A stretch of 64,000 nt of DNA from assembly GCA_037379345.1 (NCBI GenBank), contig CM074521.1, positions 32,760,704 to 32,824,703 of the forward strand, written 5' to 3'. Positions within the stretch are counted from its first letter, which is position 1. The number at the start of each line of letters is the position of its first letter. This document shows, one piece after another, positions 13,691 to 26,351 of this stretch. The position numbers and the translations under genes were made by a program. The notes below the pieces were generated by a model. It searched no databases. It had not been told where the DNA came from and saw only the letters and a program-made list of their open reading frames with translations. This DNA is from Perna viridis. Taxonomy: Eukaryota.

Positions 13691-13759
13691 ATCCTTTAGT
13701 TCCTCATGAATCTACCATGGAGATCAACAATCATTTTACTCACATAAGCAGGAAACCAG
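13691..13759 (+). CDS. HDAC4: Class IIa HDAC, first coding exon seen; probable start ATG at 13717 (MEINNHFTHISRKP)
   Basis: Acceptor atattttcag at 13681-13690 and donor CAG|gttagt. ATG at 13717 lies in ACCATGG context. The 69 nt exon is stop-free and ends in phase 1, matching the next exon (G+AT=Asp). No recognisable motif, so less certain than later exons. Confidence 0.65.
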
Positions 13760-14165
13760 GTTAGTACATGTATACTAGTACTGAAGGTCTTCCTGTATTA
13801 TCATATTATCCTGGTCTTTCATCCAAATTATTTGTAATGTTAACCTTGATTAGAAGGAGCACTTTTCTTTGTTCTAGGTATGACCTTTATATAGGATTCA
13901 CTTGATATTTCATATGGTATTTAAGTTTTATTGTTAAATTTTAGGTTATACTTATTTTTTTTTTAAAAGTTACAGATGTATGAAAAACATTCTGTATGTT
14001 GCTTTTTTTAAAATTTTTGTTTAAGATTTTTTTATTGTGTTTAAATTCCTCTTGGAACATTTAGAGTACATAATTGTCTTTTTCAACCTCATGGAAAAAT
14101 GTTTCATCACCAGGCCTTCCACAGTTCCTTCTCTACACTTTTATGAGTTGATTTTTCTTATGTAT

Positions 14166-14290
14166 AAATTGTTTACAAATAACATGTGATCAGTTATGTC
14201 TCCTTGAAGTCTTCTAGACATATAAAGTTGCAAAATTGTACGATTTACCAAATGTTGATCTAGGGGATGTCACCTAGGGACAACTTAGTT
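14166..14290 (+). repeat. ~125 bp dispersed direct repeat, copy 2
   Basis: Aligns to 12603-12737 with one ~10 bp indel. Confidence 0.85.
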
Positions 14291-14527
14291 TCCTGGGTAT
14301 GTATATCATCTTGTAAGACTTTTATGGAGTTCGTGACCCAGAAAAAAAGTAAAGACATGAAAGATGATCCTCTTCTAGCTATACATTTATGATAACTTAG
14401 GGCTGGTGTTCATTGAACTCACTATGATGAATGCTTGAAGTCAAGTTCCACAGTTTCCATCTTTATTGTAATGATTTATTTCTAGTCCATATACATTTTT
14501 TAAAGAATCTTGCTGCTTCTATGTCAA

Positions 14528-14848
14528 TAGGGTCTGTAAGTCTCGTTCTAGTTTCAGTTTCCTAACCAGAATATCTGATGTAAAGCGTATTGTAATCCAA
14601 AGACCAGTCTGCATTTTATTGTTTACTTCCGGGATCTCAAAATGCTGTATTACAATTTTTCTTAGGACATTTATCATGTGGAAATAGATATTTGTCATTT
14701 TTACTGGTATTTTTACACGAAAATGTGGATTTCTTTTACGTACTGAACCCATTGCTCTGAAATTGACAAATTTCTATGCATTTTAATGGTAGATTAGGAC
14801 CCATTCTCATGAAAACACGGAGTCACATGACGAGACTTACAAACCATA
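14528..14848. mobile_element. ~320 bp TIR element/MITE
   Basis: tagggtctgtaagtctcgt (14528-14546) versus acgagacttacaaaccata (14830-14848): 17/19 inverted match. The interior has more CpG than its flanks. Confidence 0.65.
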
Positions 14849-15714
14849 TGATGGTTAATGGTGATGAATAACATACTACACTTGGTATATATCTTTTTTC
14901 CCATTCTACACTGGTGATTAAAATGCTGGTGACTTTTTAAATTCTGGGAAGTGATTTAATATTTGCAACTTTTCATTATCCAAGTTTTCTACAGATTTTA
15001 TGGGAGGAATTGATTCTCCATCAGGTCATTCTTGATTCAAACTATTACTCCACTCTCTATGGTAAAATTAAGATTTTGACATGCTCTTGTAGGCTTGTAT
15101 GTTGGGAAGCTTGGTTTTTCCATCTTGAGTGGAAAATTATTTTAATAAATCATTACTAAAAGAAAATGTATATGTAGTGGCAAAGTAATCCAATACAGTG
15201 TTTACCATATTTTCATTTTTTTAAAAATTAATACATTTTGATAAATTCTTTTATTTGACAGAAATTTTGAATACAAGATTTTATGTTATTTATTTATTTT
15301 TCATTAAAAAACAAACACAATTTCAGAACATTATAGATATGTGCCCAATTTTGTGATTTGAGCAAAATATCTTGATGTTTTTCTGACCTCCAGCAGATTA
15401 TACTCATTTGATTCCGATCATATATCCTTGAAAATTATTTAGAAATTTACTTCCTGGTTGGGCTTGAAATATATGATAGTTAACTAATCAACTGTCTTAT
15501 TGTCACCATTTGACATATAAATTCAGGAAATGTCACTGTCTTGTTTTTTTATGCTTAATTAAGATTTTGTTATGGGATTTAAATTGCTTTTTGAGTAATT
15601 AGCTCGTTTGAGTGGTTGATTAAAAAAGCTTGTAGGATACTGCTGATTTGTCTGTCCATCTGTCTTAAGTTATTGAACTTAAAGATTTGATGCCATATAA
15701 TATAATTTGTCCTT

Positions 15715-15910
15715 GTGTTACACTACTTTTATTTTACTTTGTCCCAGTTTGACTCTACTTTCATTTTACCTTGTCTAAGTGTTACTCTATTTTCATTTTA
15801 TTTTGTCCTAATTTTACTCTACTTTCATTTGACTGTCCTAGTTTTACTCTACTGTCATTTGACTTTGTCCTAGTTTTCCTCTATTTTCATTTTACTATGT
15901 CCTACTTTTA
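15715..15910. repeat. ~30 bp minisatellite, about 6 copies (tactctactttcattttactttgtcctagtt)
   Basis: Directly visible periodicity. Confidence 0.85.
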
Positions 15911-16509
15911 TTATTCAACTATTTAGATTGATTGATTGATTGTATTTAACTGTCAAAGATTATTTCTTTTTATATCTTAAAAAAAAAAATCAGTGTTCTT
16001 GAATAATACTGGACTTTTGATCTGATAGAAATAAAATTATTTTGATCTGGATGTGATTTTTTCTGGTTTTTAAGGTGGTACATCACAAATGCTGTTTTTT
16101 ACTATTCAATAAAAATAGGAAAGATATAGCTAGATTGATGTAAGAAATAAGGATATTATAAAGACATGTGAACTTGATGTAAAACTGGATTCACTTTAAT
16201 TATCATTTGTAATTTTCTATTTAATAAGACTTACACGTGTTTAATTATAATCTCAGATGGGAAAACTAAAAAAATTCTGGAAGGAGGATATATTTTTTAG
16301 TTATTTGTGACATTTCCATTTTTCATTGTAAATTTTGTCTTTGATTGACATCATGGGAAACTGAAATGTAGAAAATATGTCCAGGGAATAATTTTAAAAG
16401 AGTAGAGAAAGCGCTTTTTTCCAAATCCTCCTTTTCTTTTCACATTTAGATGTTATATTACTTATGATCTTGATGTTAAGCTCAGAATGGAGATATTGAT
16501 ATGTTGTAG

Positions 16510-17170
16510 AAGTGAGCATATGACAAATATTTCTGTAATACATGGAAATGTCGGAGTATGACCACTATTCCCATGCTACATGCAGTGTTAGTAACATGAT
16601 GAGTTTTCCTATGTTACATGTAAAGGTGGGGCATTACAAGTAACCTCATGTTACATGTTGAGGTAGGGCATGATCAGTATTCCCATATAATGTGTAAAGT
16701 TGTGACATTACAAGTATTCCTGTGTTATATGTAGGAGTGGAACATGACAAGTATTCCCATGTTACATGTAGTGGTAGGGACAAGACAATAAATTCCTGTG
16801 TTACACATGTAGCTGGGAACATGACAAGTATTCCCATGTTAAATTTTTGGTGGGGGCAAGACAATAAATTCCTGTGTTACGTGTTGAGTTGGGAACCTGA
16901 TGAGTATTCCCATGTTAAATGTAGAGATGGGAACTTAACGAGTATTCCCATGTTACGTGTAGAGATGGGGGAAAAACAATTATTCCTGTGTTACATGTGG
17001 AGCTGGGAACATGATGAGTATTCCTATGTTACATGTAGAGATGGGGGCAAGACAATTATTCATGTGTTACATTTGGAGTTGGGAACATGACAAGTATTCC
17101 CATGTTATATGTAGAGGTTGGGGCAAGACAATTATTCCTGTGTTACATGTGGAGCTGGGAACATGATGAC
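16510..17170. repeat. ~38 bp minisatellite with an alternating 76-77 bp dimer (gggaacatgacaagtattcccatgttacatgtagag)
   Basis: tattcc.(a/g)tgttacatgt recurs about every 38 bp; caagacaat appears in alternate units. Confidence 0.9.
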
Positions 17171-18495
17171 AATAGACAATAGATAATATTTATGAGCTAG
17201 AACATAATTACCTTAAATGGTTATGGCATGTAATATAAAGAATTACAAATCAGTATATTAACACACATTGGATAATCACACGTATGAATATTTTCATGAG
17301 CATGATGTGACAGTGGTTTAACTTTTATTATATACATTTATTCTGATGAGTATGCTCTTGTTACATGTATGTAGAGTTAGAAGCCTTGCGAGCATTGTCC
17401 TGATATGCATGGAGGTTGGAGCATTGTTCTGATATGCATAGAAAGTGGGGCATGACCAGTATTTCTATGGTGTATAATTATATATTTTCAGTGAAGGCAG
17501 AATCATAAATTTATTGTATATATGAAGATGTTAATATTGGTGTTAGTATGCAATATGTAGAGGTCAATTTGAAAATAAGAGGGAATTTTTTTATATTTTC
17601 ACAAATACAACTGTGTTTTAATTTCTGTTTTACTGGTTTGGTATTAAGGATTGAGGGATCAGTGTGATTTAGGTGTTTGAATAATTTCAAACCTGAAAAT
17701 ATATACTACTTCCAGTTCAATGTTTTTGTAATCGTGGAAGTTCCCCCAACACTGAAGTTAAGGCCTTTACATATAAGACCTTTGGTCTCAAATTGAGACA
17801 GGTTAATGTAAATGCCCTACTTAAATCTGGAAATGTTATACATGCAGACATTTTTTAAAGATTTTCACCATTTAAAATAAAAGTGAACAATTTAAAGCTT
17901 AGTTCCTTTTGACTGTAATAACAATGGTATTGATGGATGCCAAAAATATGGATTAAAGAATAGATTGGTTAATGACTGTAAGTTGTTCTTAACCAAGTTT
18001 AAGAGCAACATGAATGCACCATTAAGTCACCATTAAATGATATGACCACACACACCTCTACTAACTGGTAAAAGTTGTTACTTCAAATTTGAAATAAATC
18101 ACCAAACAGTGTCTTTTATTGAATGATGTTACTGTTTAGCAAGGGCTCAAAATAGCATTGTTCTGAGGGCTTTGGACCCTTTATTTCTGATGCAGGACCA
18201 TAAAATTTAGCTATGTTCTGGACCTAAAACAAACTTTACATTTATTCTTAGCATATGGATTACCTTTCACTTTCTTCTAGTGGATTTATCATTTCAGAAG
18301 TGAAAAATGTTCAGGACATTTTACTCTTGAAGGTAAATTTGAACTCCTGAAAACTGAACCATATTGATAATTGTATGAATGGGTACTTCTAGAGGTTGAA
18401 AGTTTGTCTTTTAAGAGCGATAAAAGATCATACAGTAGGTCTTCTGTGTGGAAACAACAACAATGTATTTTTTATAATGTACTTGACTACACTAA

Positions 18496-18668
18496 CAGTA
18501 GCTGATCCATAGTGAGGGTGCAGCAGGTTGGCACCCCTCATTTTAATGGAAAATTTGTTATTTTTATGTGTAAAATAAAAAAAAAAGAGGCAAATAATGT
18601 CCTAGCACCCCCTTTTTCTGGAGAACACTGGCTGCACCCTCCTTTTCAAAGTGTTTGGATCTACTCTG
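18496..18668. mobile_element. Possible degenerate short MITE
   Basis: Weak inverted ends cagtagctgatcca and tggatctactctg, with internal gcaccc/gggtgc repeats. Confidence 0.35.
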
Positions 18669-21600
18669 TCTTACAATCTGACTGTCCTGTAGAGTACTAT
18701 AACCTTTACCTGAATATAAGTATTGGTGTACAGGAAAACTAATTATTCAGTTAATAGATTTATTATAAATCTTGTCCAGTGAATTTGTTGCTGCCTCCTG
18801 ATTAATTTCTATATATAGCAACCGACTTCTTTAATTGACAAGTTATCCATACGATGCTATGATTATATAGCAGCAATTTCTAAATATAACTTGGTCCTAT
18901 TGATCGTGAATCGGGATAAACAACCATTAGTCTAAGTCTATCCAATGTTCCTGTAAAGCAGAGGAAAATTTCAGATTTGTGTGTCAACAAAGTCATATTT
19001 TGGCAGGTAGGGACAATCTTAAGACAATTTTGTAAGATATATTAAATGGGAAAATAAGAAGGTAGTACATGTAGTTCTGTTTGAAGTTCATTATCTTTAA
19101 ATGCAGCAAAAATTAGAATTAGGTGCCTGATGGTTATCATATATTTTTTTGCTATTTTTCCTTTAATTTATATGTACTAAGTTATTTTAATCAACAGTTC
19201 TATAACCTATATTATTGCATGAATAAATTCCTAGTAGTTGCCATTTTATTGGATAGGTAATTTAGAATAAAGTATAAAAAAAAAAACTCATTAAATAGTT
19301 ATTTTTGTATATTTACTTGCTGGTGACATATTTTCATACAAGGATGTAATTTATATATAAATAGATATTTTATAATGTATTTTTATTCATAGTTTCCGTT
19401 CATATTTATGTTATAGGTATTTATCATTAGATTGAATTATCGATAAAAAATACGGGAAAAATATGACTGATTTATCATTATTTCCATATTTAATTTGGAA
19501 ATAAATATAATTTTTTCTAACGGTCATAATGAAAACCAATATTGTACAATTTCTCATCTGAAATGTTTTTTTAATATCTGTTCAGTTTTAATTGGCCGAA
19601 GATGAATATAGAGTTAATAGATCAAGACTGAAAAATGTTGATATTCCGTTGCTCTACTGATTAGAACATTTGCTGTCTCTAAATTTATTGTCTGTGACAA
19701 TTTTATGAATATTATATGTATAGGTATAACTGCTTTCAGATAAATATGACATCACTTTTTTGTGCAAGGTTACAGGAAATACATAGGCATATATTTTTTT
19801 TTATATAAAAATAACCATAGTGTGGTTCAGCTACTTTTAACAAACAGTTTATCTTGAAAATTTGATAGAATATCATATTTGGACAAAACCTACCAGTGAT
19901 GGTCTGATAAGGCTGGCACATGTTAGCAATTTGTTTCAAATGCTCAATCATCTGCCCTATAACATGAGTGTCATTTTATCCCTTTTTAAAGAGTTTACTA
20001 ACTATAGGACCATCTGATGTATTGGGGAAAATAATGATATAAGAATACATCAACTTATACCATGCTATGGTAATCATTGATACCTGTATGGAAATACAAG
20101 ATATTAATATAAGTGTCCTCGTGTCACATTTGTTTTCCGTGCTGACAAATATTCAATGCCTGAGGCATTCCATGTTCTAGTTGACGAACACGTTACTTGT
20201 GACGAGACTATTTTACTGAATTTTTTTTTTCAGTCTGTTAGATTTGTCAGTTGTATGTATCAAGCTTGCAATGAAAGTCAGCCTGTGTTATAAATAGTTT
20301 CTTAAACATTCTTAGGAAAAATTTCAGATGTCAGGAATTGTGAATATATATTTGGAGTTGGTTTGATGTGAATTATGTAAACCCAAGTTGGTTTTATAAC
20401 TTTTTGTGAGGATTTTTTATTGGAAGTAAACAGCATCTTAAGTTGTAGAAATTATAGCCGTGAAAAGTTTAGGAAACTTTAATTGAATATCCATTATGGC
20501 ATACTTCATACATTTCATTCATTCTGTTCTGATTTTGCATAAATAGCTATTTTGGTTATTAATTATTTTTTGTCAATGAACATAAACTGTGACATGTTTC
20601 GGTATAATTTTTAAAATTCAGTGTGTTTTAGCTTTTTATTATTCATTGTATTTTCAAATTTAAAAATCATATGAACATTGATAAGTGATAGTAGGAATAC
20701 ATAAGAATATATAGAAAGGATTCTACAAGTTTTCACATGTTAAATTCGACACTAGGAGATTTGACCTAGTTTCAGTAATAATGGCCTCATCTGTTACCGT
20801 TTTATGACAATTTTGTGTAACATCAGTGAAAAAAAAATGATGTTTTAGTAAGAAATTGACATATTTATCAGCACTGCTTATCTTCCAAAATGACAAAAGA
20901 GGAAACTAAATCTGTGTTCAAACTTCCATCAATACCAGTATGGAAGCAGAAAATGGACAAAAAGAAGTACCAATATTGTCGGTGTAATCAGGTCTATGGA
21001 TGCTCTCATTATAAATGTAAGTTATATAAAATCAGATTCTGTAAGTTATCTCAAATCTATAATAATGTTGATTGCTTCTCATTTAAATGCCATCAAAGAT
21101 CAAAAATGTTTTGGATCAAAATGGTGGAATTTGAAAGAAAATTGATAATAAACAATTATATTAATCAGTTATTGATCTTAGGGTTTGTCAGAGAGATAAA
21201 CAAACATTTCTGTATTTTAGAATTAAAGGAGGTGCTTGGTTTAAATATAACATTGTATGTCTTGAAACGTGGACATGTCTCCGAACCTTACAACAGTTGA
21301 TGATGGATTAGTTACCCATCAATAAGATGGAAAGTAGAGGCTAATCATTACAGAAGTTTGTGAGTTCTTATGTTCAAAAATTTCAACCATAGTCTTGCCT
21401 GAGTCAGCATAGGACTGAGTCCATGGAAATTAATCACCTATTGGTATACATGAATATTATGATTTTAGGTTTGTTTGTACTCAAATATAATGAGAATGGT
21501 TATGGTGAATATATCAAAGAGACCACAACCCCACTAGGATGAAAAGTGTCAGCTTAAGGCCACCCATGGGTCTTGAATGAATGAAGTGGAAACCCTCACA

Positions 21601-24600
21601 CAACAGGGCATTATCAAATACATACTTTGTTGATAAAGCACATGATGGTGACATCTGTGTTGTTATATTAGAGATGTTTCAACCAACACTTAGGAATATT
21701 CAAGACTTCCAAGGACACCCCCGCGTAGTTAAAAGTTCAAACAATTATTTGTAAGTTCTAACAGAACAATTTTGAGACATTTATGTTTCAGATTCCTTCA
21801 CATTACCAAGATTCAGTCCCTATTAGAATGAAAAAGTTACATAAATATGACGTGAAGGAAATGACCTTGACTGACCTTCAACAGAATCAGGAGAAGTAAT
21901 CTGTCAAACTTATAATAGTAAAAGTGGAGATGTAAGATGGGGAAAACATAGAGGGGAGGGCTGAAAAACAGAGGTGTGGATTGGGGAACTACTATAATTG
22001 CAGTAAAAAGCTCAGATCAAACACAACGAGAATGTAGCTATCAATGGGGACTATGTATATCTGGACAACAAGGTCTTTTTTTAAGTCAGGCTACATAAGT
22101 TTCTACATGAGAAAAATGTTATTGGTAAGTTCGTCAATGATATTTTTTCATCGCTGTGAACTATGGCTTAAATGGGTACAGGAAAATTTATAATTTCTCT
22201 AAATAAAAATTGAATATTCCAAAAATCAAATTTTTTAGGAGTTACTGTGAGTTCTTAAATTAAAATAGATCTTGATGTTTTCACTAGTAGAAGTTTTTAG
22301 AGGAGGAAAACAAAGTCTTTTTATTTTTTTTGTAAAAGCAACACCAAGAATGTATAAAAATCTTTTAAAGAAGGAATTAAAACCATGAAGAAAGAAAACA
22401 AGATATGATTGTTAAAAGGGAGGACATAAGGGAGGCAGAATCTGCTCCACAAATTAATACTATTTACATGCATTGTAAACTGTTCCACATATAGAGAGCA
22501 TGTTATAGAACATAGACATGACACATAACTATACATAAGATATATTATTGTGGCTTTCATTTTGTTGATAGGTCATTTTTTAGTGATTTTATCCTAAGGT
22601 CTGAGTAAGATGTCATTTCTTATACCGATTGTAGCTTAATTTTTACTTTGTCCTATAGCTGAAGGTTCTTTGTGACCTCATTGTGTAAACTCAGCCTATA
22701 GTAATCGAATATGGTGGCCATTACGCTCAGTCAGTCTAGAATTGGGACATGGCCGCCATCACACTGTTAGTCTGTATAGACATGGCTTGGACTTAGTCAG
22801 GGGTTATGTTAGTTGCATAGATTATTACATCAAACCTCTGGACATCAAAACAGAAAAAAAGGTCTTGTGTTATCTGAAGTTATAATCTGTTAATTAATAT
22901 GTCAGTAATCAAGAAACAAACAACTTAGGAACCTGATGGAGATTTAATTGAATTATTTATGTTTATTTTTAGATAATAAATTTTGAAGGACAAAATATTT
23001 TCTGAAGTTTTGATTGCTTAAGGTAACTGACTTGTATGTCTTAGTGGGTTTTGGATCTGTAGACTAGTTATGAGAGACATAGCATCACAGATGTCCTGTT
23101 TCTGTAGGGGGTCTTGAAACTGTAAAAATTGAATGGTTCAAAAACTTTCTATCAAATATGACGTATGTAATTCCAAAGTGATTGTTTGAACTTTTTAGAC
23201 AGTTGAGAGTGGGTATTAAGGAACTCTTGCATACTTTCATTGGTCATACATAACAACATGCTCTGCATCATCTACAAAGTACAAATAGCTCTGTCCCTCA
23301 AAGACAAAGCATAAAAAATTATATCGGATACAATATGCTCTGTAGGTCACCTGAATTTACCAAAGTATGCATACTCCTTTTATATTACTTCAACTATTCA
23401 TAGATTTTTTTTTGTATATTGATATTAATTCAGGTAAAGATGTTCTTTATATAGTGAAGTAACTTTCATGTACAAATTAAAAATTCATGGCTTGGAAGGA
23501 TTGTTCTCAAATGACATGACACTTATATTCAGGGATAAATATAACTTGTCCAAATTGTTTGTGGTGACTTCCCATATGGTAATTGTTGAAGTCCATGAAA
23601 CAGTTCACCGAACACATGTCTGAGAACTGTTTTTATAATGTTCTCAAACAGAGTAGGTGCTGTAGTTCTATAAACAACGATTTAAAGAATTTCATCAGAT
23701 TTGTTGTGCTTAACAGCTTACATGGGTTTTAGGTAGGATGGCTCCTTTATGGCATTCTCTCTGTTCAGTTTTGTTTTCTTGTATTTAAGTAGAATGTCTT
23801 CTTTTCCAAAGAAACTTCAGTTATTGTTCTTCCTGTCTGTCTGTCTGTCTGTTAAAATCAAATATTACTTTGCTGGATTTGAATTAAACTTTGTCATTCA
23901 TGCTATTCTAAGATAAGAAAGATTTATTTAAATTAGATTTTTTAAGTTACCTTAAGCCACACATAGACTTGAACACAACAGGGAATGATACATAGATTAT
24001 CCTTCAGTCTCAAGGGGATTACAAGATTTCTCCACTGGAGATAGTTACATTTTAGATTTCGACCCATGAGCTTTAGCAAGTGGGTTAAATCTAAAATTTA
24101 ACTATTGAGAGCATTGTATCTGAATCTGTTTTTCCCATGAAATCTGTAGAAAAGTTGGAAATGTGAAATAGCAGGAAAAGTCTTGCAGAAATTTAAACCC
24201 CCGCCGATGGTTAAAAATTTGCATGCATTTTTAATCACTTACTTACAATGGGAGAAACTTTTATTTACATTTATCAATAGTATGTAAAATTAAGTATTTG
24301 TGGAACAGCTCCCTTAAAAGAACCTTGTTTATACTTCATGAAACTAGACATGTGTTGTGACTGACCAACTGTTCATAACATGAAATATTGCCGAAAATAG
24401 GAACTGATCAGTTATTCATGAGTCTTAAGTTAATCAAGAAGATTATAAAGTAATGTTGTCAGATGTTTGTAGTTGTTGCTATTAATAGACCAGGAAAACA
24501 AGCACTAAACAGTTTGGTGACAAATATCATGTTCTTTACTTACCATGAATGGTAGATGGCTATATTTTGGCAGGGCTGGCTCTTTTGAGCAAAAATCTAT

Positions 24601-26136
24601 ATAGCCATATAGTAAATATATTGAAAAATTGTAGTCAGGACTGACTAGACTTTGAGTAAGTTTCCTATCCTAGGTATGCTTAAGCACTTTCCTAGACAGA
24701 TTCTTTTTACAAAAATGACAATCCTTTTTTATAGGAATGAAGTCAAACAAATGGTTGTGGTTTTATTAAGCTGGGCAATTTTTTGCTACATATTAACATT
24801 GTAATAATTCAAGAGAAACTCTACTCTGCTTTCTGAGGAAATAAAAAAAAATTGTTGATTAAAAAAAGTACAAGATCCTAGAAAATCGTAAAAAATCATA
24901 AATGTTCAATGTTCAAGAAAAAAAATTATAAATTAGAATTCTGAAAATAAAATCAGAATTATATAAATGAAGAAAAGGTTGAAGAAAAAACATCACCCAA
25001 GGCTTTGAAATAAGCTTTTGTAATATATGTATTTGAAAAATATATCTCAACAGAAATGATTATTGGAAAACAATTTTTGTAATAGCACGTTATTGTGTGA
25101 TTTTAGACTATCATAAGAAAACACTTCTTTTCTTTTATATTTGAACTATGGCATAAGATCGGCGTGAATTATAAATATTGATTCTTTATAAGTTGGTTGC
25201 ATATTGGGAAGTCACAACTTGGAGATGTGAAAATGAGTATGAATGACGCAAAGTGACATGTAGAAAATAGAAACATATAATTAGCACTTCATTGTATTAA
25301 CTCTGCGTAGTGTAGAGAATTCAGTATTATACAATAAGGTGTACAGGAACATTTCTTTCCTATGACCAGTCAATTTTTGAGGCTGGAAGATTATCTGATT
25401 TGGATTTACTGTGACTTTGGAATTTTCTTGTTATTTTGAACAATGAAAGATGGTAAGTCATTTTCATTACAACTTAAGTAGCAGTCTTTCTAAAAATCAG
25501 ACAGAAGGTGATTTAACATGTCAAAAACCCACCAAATTATTATTTTATCACGTAACTCTTAGTTTTTCATTTGGTTGTTGCGCTCTTGAGATAAAAAATT
25601 TATAGATTGTACATGAAATTTGCACTCTGTAAAGAGTTATCGTTCTTGATTTGCCTTCAATTAGTTGCTTATAGTGGGAGATAAATGTATGATTTTCTCA
25701 AAAGTGCAAATCTGAATACAGAAAAGGTTGTTGTTATGTGAAAGAATAGCATATGTATACTAAAAAAGCATCATTTGTTTGGTGGGTTTTCTTGACCATG
25801 AATCACTTTACCATTGGTAGTGTCCGAATTTTATGTGGACTGGTACTTAAATGGTTAGTTAGGGACAAACTTCTGAATTATTTCTTATCTTAATGTTTTT
25901 GTTATTGACCATGTGGGGACATGTAATCTGTTCTCTGTGTGAAGAGTGAAGCAGACTTCTCTGGTATAAAGTGTCAGTTAACTATTTGGTTGTATATTTC
26001 TTGTTTATTGACAATTGGACACAGGTCCAAGTCCTGGAAAAATGTAGGAAAACCTCTAAAATGTAGAAAGAATTGTTACCATAAGGATGGAATGGAAGCC
26101 CTATTTGGAAGTACTGATGTTATGATTTAATTTCAG

Positions 26137-26351
26137 ATTTAAACCAATCCCCACTGGCTTCTCCGATACTTGACCGACGGCATCCTCCAGGCAATATGTA
26201 CAACAGCGACCAACTTCAGCAACAAATAGCATCACTGAAACAACAGCAAGAGTTTCAGCAACAGCTCCTTCTCCAACAATTCCGTCAGCAGCAGCAGCAG
26301 CTGGCACAGGAACATGAGAAACAGATGCAGGAGCATATTAAAGTTCAACAG
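26137..26351 (+). CDS. HDAC4: Class IIa HDAC exon, Gln-rich N-terminal helix (DLNQSP...QQQEFQQQLLLQQFRQQQQQLAQEHEKQMQEHIKVQQ)
   Basis: tttcag acceptor and CAG|gttggt donor; an in-frame alternative donor AAA|gttcaa sits after 26342. Translation resembles the HDAC4 Gln-rich domain ending in EHIK. Confidence 0.9.

Noticed and set aside
20890-21300. 136 aa ORF and the other 60-120 aa ORFs in introns
   Set aside because: AT-rich, non-protein-like composition, no motifs and no coherent splice signals.
7575-21610. Segments at about 7575-7715 and 21485-21610 that resemble abundant mussel interspersed repeats
   Set aside because: The resemblance is from memory only and the copies are too decayed to support without a Dfam/Repbase search.
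13750-26145. CtBP-binding PxDL(S/R) motif across the junction (RKPDLNQ)
   Set aside because: Spacing does not fit P-x-D-L-S/R, so it cannot be called.
26101-26307. Minus-strand ORF MPAAAAADG...
   Set aside because: Antisense shadow of the CAG-rich HDAC exon.
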